A stretch of DNA of 64,000 nucleotides from Paraphysomonas bandaiensis. Its lineage: Eukaryota; Protista; Chrysophyceae. The position numbers and the translations under genes are program-made. Positions 1 through 13,470 of this stretch are shown piece by piece; within the stretch, counting starts at the first letter, position 1, and every line of letters begins with the position of its first letter. The stretch is taken from the NCBI GenBank assembly GCA_965644295.1, contig CBFFRP010000371.1, positions 62,001-126,000 of the forward strand. The letters run 5' to 3'. The notes below the pieces were generated by a model, which worked only from the letters and a program-made list of their open reading frames with translations, did no database searches and was not told the DNA's origin.

Positions 1-3
1 TAG

Positions 4-753
4 TGAATTCCTTAGAGCCTAATGTTAAAGAGAGGACAATTGCTTTTCAGAGATATATACAGGCTCTACTTGCACTTCCTGACATAACAGATAATGAAAT
101 CGTCATGGAATTTTTTGACACTAAGTTCAAGGGGTGCTCGGGATTCCGGTAGGGGATTGTGGAGTCAATTTCTGAGTTTATTGTGAACTTAAATAGGAAA
201 TCAATTGGAGCTTCTGGAATATGGAAAGAATGCTACGCACAAATTAGCCTTGGAACTTTTGACTTCATGCACATTTATGTGTGGAAAACTGCATACATTG
301 GTTTGACTAAACGAGGTGAGATATGTTTATTGTCATCAATGATTGGAAGTACGAAACACTCTTATGTAAAATTTAATATTCCAATGGGAAAATGTAGGCG
401 TCTTGTACGTATTCCGCAGTATGTACGACACTCCTGACCAAGCTACTATTCGTATCGACCTGCGCAGTGTGGATGCTAGAGTGGGTGGTGACGTCCTCGG
501 TCGCTGTGTTAATGTGTCTAACGGTGACGCCAAGGTTTTCATTAAGTTTTCCACCATAGATGAGTTCTCTTCATGGCTGAGACAAGTGTCGGACTTCGGC
601 GTTAATGCTGCGGCCCATGCACCGACAGTATCAAGTGCTCGAGAAGCTAATCGACAAGCTGCACCGACAACGTCTGCACCACCACCAAAAGAAATCAAAG
701 CCAAGGGCACAGGAAATACAAACGATGAATTTTCTGCTATGTATGGGATGTAG
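4..753 (+). CDS. PX + PH domain protein, 5'-truncated by window edge (at least 3 exons: ~4-148, ~199-315, ~398-753)
   Basis: First exon reads KERTIAFQRYIQALLALPDITDNEIVMEFFD, a PX C-terminal signature. Spliced downstream exons read WKTAYIGLTKRG/VLYVFRS...IDLRS...FSTIDEFSSWLRQV, which is PH-like. GT-AG introns. Confidence 0.65.
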
Positions 754-1218
754 TCGCTGCGCAACTATGGCAGTGCAAATTATTAAATGTATTACGGTCA
801 CGATTGATGTGAAATCTGATTGTAGCATGCTATTGTGGTAGAAGGATATGTGTTATTGGTGATTTAGATATAAGGGTAACTACCAGTTCACTTCTAGCTA
901 AATACTTAACAATTATCAATTTCTATCAGAAATACTTTTTACCTAAACTGCTATGTGTTGCAACGTTGCAACTAGGAATTCTTGTCGACTGTCTACAAAG
1001 GCCCAAGGTACCTACACCAAGTATGTAAAAATTTTGATGTTGTTATGAACCGCATGGTGGAAGTTATAGCACTGTTTATTTCTACTGAATACATAGTAAT
1101 AACTACATACTACATATACTTGATGAACACACAGCTCATTAAGCTGTCAAATGCCTATCCAACAAGTGCCATAAGTCCTATATTATTATTCATCTAACAG
1201 CGAAAAATATACGATTGA

Positions 1219-2111
1219 TTACATCATCCTTCCTCTGGAATTTTTAATGTTTACTGTGTTGCTTCCACTGCCTTTACTGCTAAGGGGATCTGAATGCAGT
1301 GCACCAGGTAAGCTATTATCCACAATACATCACTAATTGTTACCTGCGTCCTCATATAGAACATCGACAGCTTCATTATATTCACTCTGCTGCTCCTTCT
1401 TTTTTCGCTCAATGGCTTTCTGCTGAGCCAAGTATTCTTGCCACTCCGAAAACGAAACCTTACCATTCGAATTCAGATCGAATTCTACAAATTTAGGGAA
1501 GTCCTTTTCAGACAGTTCTGGGAAGGACGAGAGATATTTCTTGACATAGACGTCAAACTGTCAAAATAATATGTGAGTGCACAATATGTACTTTTCAGCG
1601 ATTATGCGATTATAATATACCTCGGCACTGGAAATCATGTCATCATTATCTGTATCGGGGGCCTTGAACTCGTCGTAATCTCTGTCTACAGTATCCTGGT
1701 GCAGCTCCTGAAATCAATATCACACACTACACGCTACAGAAGACTAAACTCATTTACTTTATAAGCCTTTTCTAAGTCATTGTATTGTTCTTTCCATCCA
1801 GTTTCTTGCAGTTTATACAGTTCCGTCTGCAGCTTGATGTACTCCAGCAGATCACTATTCTCAGCTTCCAAAGTTTTGTAGTGTTTAGATGATCTCCTCC
1901 TGCCAAACCAATAGCCTGCTACTCCTCCGCATATACCACCAATAATACATGCAACATTAGACCTAATAGTTTATAAATATGAGGCCTGTCGCACGCCTCT
2001 CATCAACTCTTACCCTATCTTACTATCACGAGATCTCGGACTCCTTGAAAAGTCCTGGCCCACCACCTGACCAATACAGAGAGTAATAAAAAATACAAAG
2101 TATAAATTCAT
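1219..2111 (-). CDS. Signal-peptide/TM, coiled-coil, two-EF-hand protein (multi-exon)
   Basis: Manual splicing gives MNLYFVFFITLCIGQVVG (signal), VACIIGGICGGVAGYWFGRRR (TM-like), a coiled coil, and EF-hand loops DTDNDDMISSAE and DLNSNGKVSFSEW. Stop TAA at 1219-1221; last exon uncertain. Confidence 0.7.
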
Positions 2112-4285
2112 AAGTAAAGAGGGTGGAAAAAGAGGAACCGGCTGTGTTTGGTCACTGCTGTAATGAATGCAAGTCCTTAACACTATAGCTACGTAGTCAT
2201 ATAGAGGAGTGGGCTGGGATGTTAGTATACATATACTACAGACTACAGAGGATATAAAAACTGTACTTTGGTACAAAGTTGTGTCCAAATATTGTTGCTC
2301 TTGACATTTTTGGACTTTTTTTCCTTACATGATCGAAAAATGTGATAAAAAGTGAGGAAAAGTGAGGAATAGTTTAAGAAATATTCACTTTTGGTCAAAA
2401 AGTGAGTAGCAATTTGTTCAATAAAGGCATCCTTTGTATATTTTTGTTCCAAGATGCCTCTAATATTGAGACAACAATTATCTGTATTCTATCCGTAGTT
2501 GTATTGCAGTAATATAGACGATATTTACTTCAATTTATATCCGAAAAATATGAGATGCTGACTGAGATGTGTGAGTGGTATCCATAGTAATAGTCATACA
2601 CCATTTCAATATAGATCTCAGGTAGCGGTTTACATTAAAAGGCTAGCAGGCAAAAAGTTGTTGTTATTTTCAGTTTTTACTATCAAATGTGTTCCAAATG
2701 CTACCCCTGGATAATGAACATTACAGGCGAATAACATGCAGTGCTAATATCTACACTACTTCTCAGTCAATGGGCTATGAGTTGACATCAGATGACGCTG
2801 CATGGGCCATTATCTCTGTTGTGAATGATACAGTATCGTGCAGTTCCAGAACACTCTTTGGATATATGTATATTTGGTGCGATATGGATCCTCATCAGTG
2901 TTGCTATTAGGCTTCTGGAGTAGTCGCTGCAGCTAGTTAAGCAAGATGTCGCATCAGAATGACATCCTTCTCAATACCGCAAATGCTTCATAACAACATA
3001 ACCCCGATAATGTTATAAACTGTGTTATCAGAAGATCTGTGATAATAGTGACTTAGTTTACAAAGTCCTGTATGCTACCATATGTCCTTAATATTAGGGC
3101 TAGGAAACAGTATATTGTATACTTTTTGTAAGATAGCATCCCATCGACAGTATTACTGTACGTTTATAGCCGGCCTAACAATAGATATTATATCTATATT
3201 ATATATATCGCAATATGTAATACGTTATAATCATAAATCAGCGATAAAATACATTTTTAATACGAGTTATAAAGATTACATGACGATAACCACAGTGATA
3301 ATCTATGATACTATATACTATACACGAATACTGATTGCAATATATTGTGAGCTAACTTAACAGTAACAATATCGATGGAATTTTTCGTCGGTCGACTAAT
3401 AAATATATTGTTCCCTAGCCCTACTTAACATTACAGACTACACTCTACACTCCTGATATACCATATACGTATCCTATACCGCATTGTCATGGAATGCATA
3501 TAGTTATATTTAACCACGGGCAATAAGTAGGCTATATGCTATATCGTCCCGCTAGGTTGAATTGTAGCGTTTCCTCATGATGTTGAAAACTTAATGTTAG
3601 GTTGCATGGTTGCATAGCTATTAGTAGCTTGCTTTCTGTAATAAGAAATAGGTATTCCCTGATTAACACTAAGGAAAAAAATGAGAATTCATATTGTTTC
3701 AAATGAATAGTATACTGTGTATGCTTAGGAAATAGCAATTACACTATTGTTGAACTCAAACAGTAAACCCCAAAATTTCTATATATAATAGCGACAACAA
3801 ATGTACCTTACCACAAAAGAGTACTGAGGGAAAAGCAACTGTGAGGTGTTGAAATTAGTACATAAGGGTGATGATGAATGAGAATGAGCACTTGTAGTCG
3901 CTCAAAAGGCTTCTTATTGTTTTACATAAAATTTAATATAATATATATATATACCTAATTGAATGAGATGTGAGTAATAATGACATGAGGTACACAATAT
4001 CCTCATAAGCACAATATGGGACCCAAGCCCTGAAAGAGCTGGGTGCTACTGCCCTTAACTACTTATACAGCATCAGATATGGCAGTTAAACTCTCCTGAA
4101 ATAATCTTGAAGTTGTCTCGAAATCCTGGTTATGACTGTACATTGCTTGCATTGACGACATTGTCATCTTCTACAGCAGACGAAGGATGGAATACAACTT
4201 GGTTTGATAATCAGCTTTGTATAGTAGGCTCATGTTGTGGTTCATCTATAATTGTGTACTATAAGAAAATCACATACATACATAT

Positions 4286-6163
4286 TAGGGCCTGGTAACC
4301 ATTAATGGTCCATTAATACCTACTAACTTAAAGTAGGTAGCACCACTCATATGATAGATAGTGTTGTGCTCCCTTAATTACTAATTTTCAGTTAAATGTA
4401 GCAGACTACAAATAATTTAAACTACATCTCGCTCTCTACTGGCACATCATGATCTTCTTGCAGGGCTTCATGGAGGGTATAAACATCCCACAATATGTAA
4501 TTATTGGCTCGTAGGAATAGCAACGATTCTAGACGATATGGATTCATGTTTCTACGCTCAGGTGTCATATCAACTTTGCACAACTAAAGAGCCTCTCAAA
4601 AACGTTAGATTGTGCTTCAATATGAAGCAAGCAGCGGTAGTTGGACTCATAGGTACCAGCTCTCTTGGTGACCTCTCGGCGCTGTCCAGAACACGCTGTG
4701 CAAAATCAGTTCCTTCACTCTCGTCCTCGTTATTTCTGTCGGGTACACCAACCTCCATGGATAAATCATGTTGCAAATGTCTAACAGCTCTTCTCTCATT
4801 GCCTATCAACTCTCTTTTATCGTCCCCTTTAATTTTAACCGCTGCCTTCTCAAAATTTGCACTGGCAACAATGCTTGCATTCGGGTAAAGGTATGGATGT
4901 AGCTCTGGAAATTCATGTAGCAGCATATCAAATAACTGGCGGGCTTGGTACAAATTGGTTCCATATCCATCTCTTTTTAAGAAGGCCAGTGTAACTTTTC
5001 ATGTTGCGTCAAATACTGTTTCAGATCTCGAAATTTAGCTGGAGTAAGATTCTTATCTTCCAGGGTGCTCGGAAGTTACATTCACCAAGAAAAGGATGCA
5101 GTTTTACGAATTTAACCAGCATGTTGTATGTTGAATCCCACCGAGTTACATTTCTTATCGTCTTCTGCGCAAGCAAACTTGCATTCTTCAACGTCCTTAT
5201 AGATACTTCATCAATGAATCGATTCTTTCAATTGGTAGTAAGGGAATTGCCAAATTCAGTCGATGTGAGTAGCAATCAACCATTGGTTCTCCACCAGTTC
5301 AGCCAGTTTGCGATTTACTGAGCAGTAATCACACACAAGACAATCGACATATTGGCAAGAGTTTTATTGAATAAAAGCGCTGTTGATTTTAATGACATAG
5401 CTATCCGTTCCAGTCACCGAAATATGTTCCTTGCAGCAGGAGATACTTTATTTCTTAAAAAAGACAATAAACCGCCCCCGTAAAGTCTTTCACTTCCCGA
5501 AATTTTCTCGGGTTCCTCTCGCCAAGAAAAATCCGCATATTTGGTGCCCTTCTTGGTTACATGATTAACACAACTCGATTTATATCTGCACGACGAACAA
5601 ATATGATACGGAGGATTCTCTGAATCCACTCTGAAGAAGACTCTGTAAATTATACTGCCATCAATTTTTTCGGCCATCATTGTTGTTGCTTAGTATATAT
5701 ACTGTATAGTATAAATACAGAGTATAATATTACTCTGCTTAGTTGTGTGTTGTAGCTTCTTTTAACTTTGGGGAAAAATAGTATTTTTATGAATGTTGTC
5801 TATAGGTAAAATATTATGATTATTTTAGAGTTTTTGGGTGTATGAGTACGTCGCTACAGATATTTCTCGCTCAGGAAACTATTCTCTAAATCTACAGAGC
5901 ATTGAAAAGGTAGTGATCAAAGTTGCCTGTAGAGTTGCATGAACATTGTTGTCTAATATTGTTTAGAATTTCTTCGGAGTGTAGAGGAGATACTATATTT
6001 TATAATATTACCTTTAAAACACTCAGTTCTATATATATATAGCAGTACAGGTGGTCATTAATGGTAGGCCGGTTACCGGCAATTACAATGGCATTAATTA
6101 AAATTGTAACGGCAATTATAATAGCATTATCATTAATGGCCCATTAATGGTTACCAGGCCCTG
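4286..6163 (-). mobile_element. Decayed hAT DNA transposon with both TIRs and an 8-bp TSD (ATACATAT)
   Basis: Left end TAGGGCCTGGTAACCATTAATGG (4286) and right end CCATTAATGGTTACCAGGCCCTG (6163). ATACATAT lies at both 4278-4285 and 6164-6171. Minus-strand fragments include an N-terminal Cys/His (BED-like) region, KTIRNVTRWDSTYNML (hAT TRWxS motif) and a C-terminal IESLLFLRAN. Confidence 0.92.
4470..5680 (-). pseudogene. Frameshifted hAT transposase
   Basis: ORF fragments 5414-5680 and 4570-4953, plus the TRWDST motif near 5130-5150, lie in different frames with stops between them. Confidence 0.8.
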
Positions 6164-7021
6164 ATACATATGACAGTCAATATCATAATTAAGGTAGAAG
6201 TGAAACTTTTTTTGAAACAAAATGGCGATAATCGTATGCACTACTCGCTACTTGTCTACTGCTATGGCTGTCGACTGTCGACAATGCACAATACACAGTA
6301 TTATTGTCGACAATACACAATACACAGTATTATTGAGACAGTGAAAATTGTTTAAGAGAAATTACAGTTAATCAAAACTAGATAGATTATATTATTATAA
6401 TTGTATACACAATTATGTGTGTTGTCATGTAACACATCATGTCAACAAGAACACGATAAATTATTTCGTTCATGTCAACCACTACTCAACTTCCGTACCT
6501 TGAACCGTCATGATATAATACTTCAGTTTCACAGTTATAGCTATATATATAGCATCTTTGACTATTGACTACGTATTACTGTTTTCCACATTGTATTTAA
6601 CGTATTCTACAGTACTATCTTAGAGGACCATACGTATTCCAACATTATCTAACGGAATAGGATCGAGAGGGAGGGTAAAGAATATGATGTTAGGGCTTTC
6701 GGTCTATTATCGTTAGTGAACAAAATAGTAGTCATCATAATTTAAATAAATAGAGTGCGATGTGATTACTGAGCTTCTTCTTGAAAAGGATGGTTATATT
6801 AATTTCTCAATGGTACATCGTATTGCAACTCTTTATACTGACCAATTCATATACAAAAATTATTGCCACAGAAGCACAATAAGAACATGATACAATGCAA
6901 GTTCTAATAAACACATTGCGACTCTCTTGGTGGGACAGAAAATACCAACACGTAATATTACGTGAGTGTCGAAGCGAGATTACGAAAAAAATTCGTAAGA
7001 TAGACAGTTCAAAAAGGAAAT

Positions 7022-7591
7022 TCAAGCCTCCGCGTCATCATCATCTTGTGAATCCAATGCCATCTTTGCGATCAAACTTAAATCTTCCGCCACTACTTGA
7101 GCTGCTACATCACTGATATCAGAATTGAAGAAGCTACCTCCTCTGCGGTGGCTCTTGTAATCTGGGTGTCGAGGATTAAAGTCGTCATATTCATCAAAAG
7201 AGCTGGACTCCAAATGCTTTTCAATCACAAACACTTCTTCGCTTTCCTGCGATGCACTGTCACAGAAGCAGCCTGCTACAAAACTCCCACTCTGATCCAG
7301 TCGAGACTCAGTGTCAGTAACGCCGACAACAAGTCTATATAGTACAATTCGCAGTCCGGATAGAGTGAGATGCTTGAGATCCAAAAACTGAGGGTCTAAT
7401 TTAGAAGCAATTGGATCATTTGTAATTAGATATTGAGCGACGTCTCTGGTTAACGCAAGATTAGAAAATTGTTTCGATGCAGCAGATAGAGCGAGAACAT
7501 CTTTCAAAGTACAATACTGTAGAATATGAGATGACCAATGCAAGGAATACTGTGAATCAGGTTCAGTTGTATGTATAATGAAAGGGACCAT
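7022..7591 (-). CDS. Small protein with N-terminal F-box-like motif and acidic C-terminus (189 aa)
   Basis: LHWSSHILQYCTLKDVLALSAASKQFSNL fits the F-box pattern (ILxYLxxxDLxxxSxVSKxW). Single ORF in AT-rich flanks. Confidence 0.55.
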   Translation of the reverse strand: MVPFIIHTTEPDSQYSLHWSSHILQYCTLKDVLALSAASKQFSNLALTRDVAQYLITNDPIASKLDPQFLDLKHLTLSGLRIVLYRLVVGVTDTESRLDQSGSFVAGCFCDSASQESEEVFVIEKHLESSSFDEYDDFNPRHPDYKSHRRGGSFFNSDISDVAAQVVAEDLSLIAKMALDSQDDDDAEA

Positions 7592-8307
7592 AGTATATAA
7601 GACTGTTTGTCGGTTAATATCAATAGAATGAAACCAATAATTTAAATCACTTCTCGCAATATCAGTGTATAGAAAATAAATACAGAGGGGCGGGGGAAAT
7701 TGTTATGCTGACATGCGAGAAAATAGCTCTGTTGTATGATTGAATTACTTAATATTCCTTCCAATTGTTAGTAATTCAGTGAGATATGAATAATTCTATT
7801 CATGTTTTGGCATAAAAATTTCCAATATATAAAATCTCTGTATGAGATCTACTGTACTGCTGTACATACATATGGATATACTGCTGTATGTGGACTCTGC
7901 TCTATGTGTATTCGTAGAGTATATAGTTTCGTATGTCATAAAAAATCAATGGAGATGTGAGAGATTATGGGTTTTGATGGGATGAAATGACATACTCTGT
8001 CGGACAAAAACCCACGAAAAAAACACATAATAGTTTTTCTGATGGTGGCCTGCTGATGATGATGATATATGATCAACTGTCGTAGTGTGTTATTTTATAC
8101 ACTATTTTGTGGTTGTTTTAAAACTTGTGCTTTTATACAATATTTTCCTACAGTCCAACAAAAAATAGGATTTTCAATACACACTTTGGGTTAGTCTCAT
8201 TAAAAACCAGTACAGTTCGCCGCTCATACTTAACATGGCCGGCCAGTATGATGGTCCAATAGATTAACCATTCGAAAGATACATACATAGCATGGGTCCA
8301 TATTAAC

Positions 8308-9897
8308 ATGAATATTACAAAGCTTATTATTTGCTTATGCAGTCTTCTCATATCTGTCAGCTGTAACAGGCCCATACAAAGATCCAGAGAACAATTGACC
8401 GACTTAAGCTGCATCCCTCATAACGCCATTGCATCCGTTAATTATACATACAGAAATAAAGTGTATGTGAAGGCGGGACAGACAGGGGTATCTGTGACGG
8501 AAGATATGATGATAAAGGCGTTCATCAACCACTCTCCCGGCTATGAGGAGTTTCCTCCCAGTTATATCTCATTGTTCGAAAAGTTTAAATGCTGTAAACA
8601 CATAAACATTATGCTATTGGGGGGATCATTTGCTGCAGGTGTGAAATGCGGGCAGCGCCCAAAAACGCAGTGTCGGTGGTTGGTACGATTTGTGCGCTGG
8701 TTAGAAAAGGCCTTCCCTTGCTCAACTTACACAGTAATAGATAAGGCAGAGGGCAGTACGACGTCAGTATTCGGCCTTCATTTGGTGTCAGAGCACCGTG
8801 GTCCAATCGATTTAATGCTGGTGGACTACTCCATGAATGACTGGGATATATTAAATAATGGTTTTCGCGATAGCAATAGTTTTTACTCTATGATAGAATC
8901 TCTAGTCCGTAAGTCTACGAAGATTGGCAGCCCTGCAATTTTGTTTTTGTCTGAGTACATGCCGTCCAACATTTCGGAGGTATCTTATCTTCCTGTTTGC
9001 GACTATTACCAGATACCACTACTTTCTTATCGTGCTGCCACAATCAGTTACATAGAAGAAAGTAAACGTACTAACAGTGTGAGTGCGTTGCCGCCCTTAT
9101 ATCCGTCAGATTTTACTGATGTTCACCCTCCCTGGCCAGTCCACCAAGGCTTAACTGACATCATAACACACTACTTTGTTCATTTGTCAGAATTATATGT
9201 GAAATTGCAGCCGTTGGATGCATCCTCCTCGTCACTCCCTGCCCCGAAGTTTACCCTCGTGGATACAAATGTGCCCAATATTCCCGGAGGAACGTGTGAG
9301 AATCCTCTACTAATTATGAGCTCCATGTCGTCGGATCATACCACTCTACCTTTTGAACCGTACTTGAACATGCAGAAAGGCCCTGAACACTGCAGAGATT
9401 ATTATCGCGGATGGGAGTACACTCGGGATCTACCTACTAAACCAATGGGATGGATCGCTCAGTCAGAGAATAGGAATTCACCAATTGCCACAATAGCATT
9501 CCCTGTAAATTTGTACCACGGAGATGTGAGCATTACTTATTTGTCTACCTATCAAAATGCTGGAATAATCGAAATATTTTTGTCGATGATTGGTGTTGTG
9601 TCCAATGGTGGTATGTTACTTCCTCGGCATGATGAAGGAAATTCTTCTACTATTTATTGTTGTAACCATTCGAAACATTACGAAGCACCGGCTGTAAAAA
9701 AAAGCCAATACAGCAATTCTGCATGGTTAGATACTTTCAGTAATATATCTCGTGTTTCGGATATTAGAACTTTTACAGTTAACTTTGCGTACAGAGGTAA
9801 CTTTTTGGTTAATCTTCGACACCATGCACTCGATCCAGAATTGAAAGCTGCTAGGCGCGGTGACAAAGTTAAGATCCTTGGTATACGGTCATGTTAG
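8308..9897 (+). CDS. Secreted SGNH/GDSL-type hydrolase or esterase-like protein (529 aa, intronless)
   Basis: Signal peptide; block I LLGGSFAAG, block II AEGSTTS, block III LVDYSMND, block V DVHP. Confidence 0.75.
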   Translation: MNITKLIICLCSLLISVSCNRPIQRSREQLTDLSCIPHNAIASVNYTYRNKVYVKAGQTGVSVTEDMMIKAFINHSPGYEEFPPSYISLFEKFKCCKHINIMLLGGSFAAGVKCGQRPKTQCRWLVRFVRWLEKAFPCSTYTVIDKAEGSTTSVFGLHLVSEHRGPIDLMLVDYSMNDWDILNNGFRDSNSFYSMIESLVRKSTKIGSPAILFLSEYMPSNISEVSYLPVCDYYQIPLLSYRAATISYIEESKRTNSVSALPPLYPSDFTDVHPPWPVHQGLTDIITHYFVHLSELYVKLQPLDASSSSLPAPKFTLVDTNVPNIPGGTCENPLLIMSSMSSDHTTLPFEPYLNMQKGPEHCRDYYRGWEYTRDLPTKPMGWIAQSENRNSPIATIAFPVNLYHGDVSITYLSTYQNAGIIEIFLSMIGVVSNGGMLLPRHDEGNSSTIYCCNHSKHYEAPAVKKSQYSNSAWLDTFSNISRVSDIRTFTVNFAYRGNFLVNLRHHALDPELKAARRGDKVKILGIRSC

Positions 9898-11203
9898 TCA
9901 AAGGGGCTACGTTTACTAAGTGTTGGAATTTGGAGGCGCAGTTGTGGTAACCGTATAGATGATGTAGCTCCAATGACCCATACGAGTATTCTCACATCTA
10001 CTTCTTTCTAATCGCTGATATTACCCGCATATTGAATGACATGTTCAACTCTAGTTACTAGCACGAAAATTCCTTTTAGATTTTTAATTATTGCTAATCA
10101 ATAGCCTTTCTTTTTCTTATATTGTTATTATTAATATCTACTGTAGAGCAATTCATTACAAGAAGTACTTGTCCTTTTCAATAGTTTAATAATAGAGTAT
10201 ATTGAAAACATTTTTAATCTGTGAAACTCCTATACTTCTAATTCAGCGCTTGTACTTTTTTTTATTCTCTAGCATGATAGTCAAGCGATACAACAACACC
10301 ATTCCTGGAACCAACAACGTTGTGTTTACACCACTGCACACAACAGTCTACCCAAATGATCTCCGTCAATCGGTAATGCAAGTTTTCAATCGATGAATGA
10401 GCCCCATCGAGTATGAGCTCTGTACGCCAATTGCATAGAACGCTATTTCCACGATATCTGCAACAAAGCTTTTCTGAGTGTACTTTTCAGCTCAGATGGT
10501 GGTATACCATATGTCTGACAACGAGGTGTAAATACGTACAATCCAAATGCATCAATACTCTTCAGCAAAACACATTGCAACGATCATATATGTATCACGT
10601 AGCATATATTTTAATCCATGGTAAAGGAGAGTTGCTCTTGGTAAGGTAAGTGTTCTTAATGCATTCGAGAAGCAAAAGAGTTTGCATCAAATAAAGTAAT
10701 TTGTACAAACTAGAGCGCAATAGTGTTGTCAGTTAAGTGCCTAACATGGTCATCTCTATCAGTCAAATGATCCGTATATGCTATGTATACCGGTATACAC
10801 CCTGTATATCTCATACAGCGATTTCCATTCGATTTTTTAGTATATACAGTGCACGGAGTATATACTTGAGCATATACTTCCTACCACACAAGTCCAGAAA
10901 AATGAATTCTGTTTTTTTGTATGGGAGTGTGTGTAGGAGGGGGTTGAAGTGGAGATATTCTGGTGTGCAGAATTCAGCGTTTATGTACGTGATTCAGCGT
11001 TAATGTACGTCCCTCTTAACGACCATATCGAGCGTATGGCTGCGTAAAAGTACTTATATATATATATATTCTTGTAGAGGACTCTTATTACTACTATGTG
11101 CCTTACTGACAATATCTACCGTGTGTAATCAGGTCAGTATTCCCAGTGAATAAGCGAACGTCATGAAATAACAAATATGTTCCAGTGGCCGCCATAAGGC
11201 GCG

Positions 11204-11713
11204 ATGACAACACCTAAGAACTGTTTAAGTATCGATATTAGGCAGTCTAATATGCCCTACCTCTCATTGGGTGGCTTCATACTCCACTACGTTAACCACA
11301 AGGGTGTCTGGTTCTGCCACTGTGCGGACTTATTCAGTTTCCTTGCGGCAGCTCTGGGCGTCACTTTGGGAAGTCAAAGATCCAGTGAAAACAAGAGAAC
11401 ATATATTAAGAAAAAGTGTAGAGAAATGGGTCAAATTTTGCATGTTGTAGAGTATTATAGAGACATAACATGCAGTGAAATGCGGCCCTGCCGACAAGTT
11501 GTTGCTGCCGAATTCATTCCATTTGATCGAGGGTTACACTGTTTTGCTGGAACAACCGACAATAATAAAGATTCTTTGCAAAAATATGCCAATTTGCTAT
11601 CCTTTAGCAAGACCGAAGATGATACAAGTTTGGGTTTTGTTTCCAGCCAGGGGGTGTCCGAACTCCAGCACCCTCCTATGTTAGCCCGAGTGCGGGATCT
11701 GGTAATGCAATGA
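11204..11713 (+). CDS. Hypothetical protein (169 aa); weak resemblance to a BRO-N-like N-terminus
   Basis: ORF with GC above its flanks. HYVNHKGVWFCHCADLFSFLAAALG loosely resembles the BRO-N pattern WFxxxDvxxaLG. Confidence 0.3.
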   Translation: MTTPKNCLSIDIRQSNMPYLSLGGFILHYVNHKGVWFCHCADLFSFLAAALGVTLGSQRSSENKRTYIKKKCREMGQILHVVEYYRDITCSEMRPCRQVVAAEFIPFDRGLHCFAGTTDNNKDSLQKYANLLSFSKTEDDTSLGFVSSQGVSELQHPPMLARVRDLVMQ

Positions 11714-13470
11714 CCAGTGAAGCTGACGGTAGAATCACCACACATATGCATATATATAGCATATACATTTTATTTATTAGCATAACCTTTGAGGTTTTGT
11801 TTAATTTATATCACAGGTGGCGCGAGTACTACATATAATGATATAGACTGTATAAACACCTTAATGAAGGCTGTTGATAAAGGCTGTCGAAAGCATCATG
11901 GAATGTGCAGCTGGCAAAAGAATTAAATTTGACACAAACTTGTACATGAATTTGCTTAGATTAGTTTGAATATATATAATTTTAGTTAGCCAATCTTTCC
12001 TATCATTATTATTTCGGTAATTAAGTGAATGTTTGAATCATCGCTTGGGGGTGTTGAAGGGCTGTTTCCGGTAGCTTTAATATCTATAGATTTATAGTGT
12101 GTATATAGTATGTAATGTGTCGTGCAAACATATTTGACTATAACCAATTCCATATCGGGGAAATAATGAATTGTAATACAAGTTTATCAGGGCACTGGGA
12201 GAAGTAGTTGAAAGACGCTGAAGGGATTCTGAGGTATAGCTAGAAATAGAGTATATTAACATGTTATAAAAACACATATTGATGAAATTTCAAGGCTATA
12301 AAAACATTATAGACATAGATAGTATAGAGTGTACCAGATGCCTTGGGTGCCCTCTGGGAGCTGCTGGGGTGGTGCATGTAAGTGCTTGCGATAGGGGTAT
12401 AATTAGTAAAATAAGAGTCTCCATACATATAAACATGCGTATAAATGTCAAAATATAGCTAAATATACAGCGTGCATATAGTATACAATGTACTTGTCAT
12501 GTTCTAACACCTGGAGTATACATAATATATATCTGTATTGCAATAATAAATTACAAGCTTATTATTATTTCTTGGGTTACCTGCTGTCACAGTATATATA
12601 CTTATGATTTATATGTTTTTACGATGTCTATGAAGGTGCACTCGGCTCAAGGGCTCACTGTGATGAATACTGGTGATATGCATATTAAGGGTGTGACGTG
12701 TGAGCGTGTGTCAATGTGTTTCAACTCTGTACATATTTTCATACTCTCACTATAGAAAAGATAAAAGTTATACGCTCTATGAGTATAAATATATATAGAC
12801 TCCGTATATTTAAGTCAACTTTTGGCCTTCTACTGCTCTTCTTCTTCATACTTACCAGATCGCCTGCTTGCTCAATAAGATGCTTAATAACGACTGGAAT
12901 GACCCACTTAATGATGCCACGAATAAACCTCGTCTTATCTTTGCTTTAAAGGGTTGTGACATTGCTGTCTTATGTCGATATTGTCTTGTATTTGTTGCTA
13001 TCTTTTAATGTGTCTATCACGTCTTTTATCTCTTCCACAGATAGAGCTCCATTATTGGGGTAAACCGTATGCAATAAATTACCTTTTTTACATCTACCCT
13101 TTTCTCAATAGAATGCTGTATTTTTAGGGTAAAAATAGTAAAAATAGTAAAAAAGGGAGAAAAAAATAAATTGCCGCCATCCTTTAATCTGAGGGTGTGG
13201 GGAATAGTGAGTGGTGATGATGAGTGAGAACTTTTCTCGTTTTTCTGGACTTGTCTGGTAGGAATACTGCTGTACATTGACACACACACATACTGGTGCA
13301 TATATACATACAGTACATACATACATACAGTGCTGCTGTAGACGTCTCCACTATGCATGTATACAGCCAGTCTGTGTGTTATACCACTGAAATAAGGGAT
13401 AGTTTAATCAAATATAGTCACATATCCCAACATCTATACTTTATAATTCCATTACGTATTAATATACACA

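Noticed and set aside
10200-10750. Coding-like degenerate stretch on the minus strand
   Set aside because: Multiple stops and no recognisable motif.
12790-13070. EF-hand-like NGALSVEEIKDVI fragment on the minus strand
   Set aside because: In-frame stops follow and no coherent gene model could be built.
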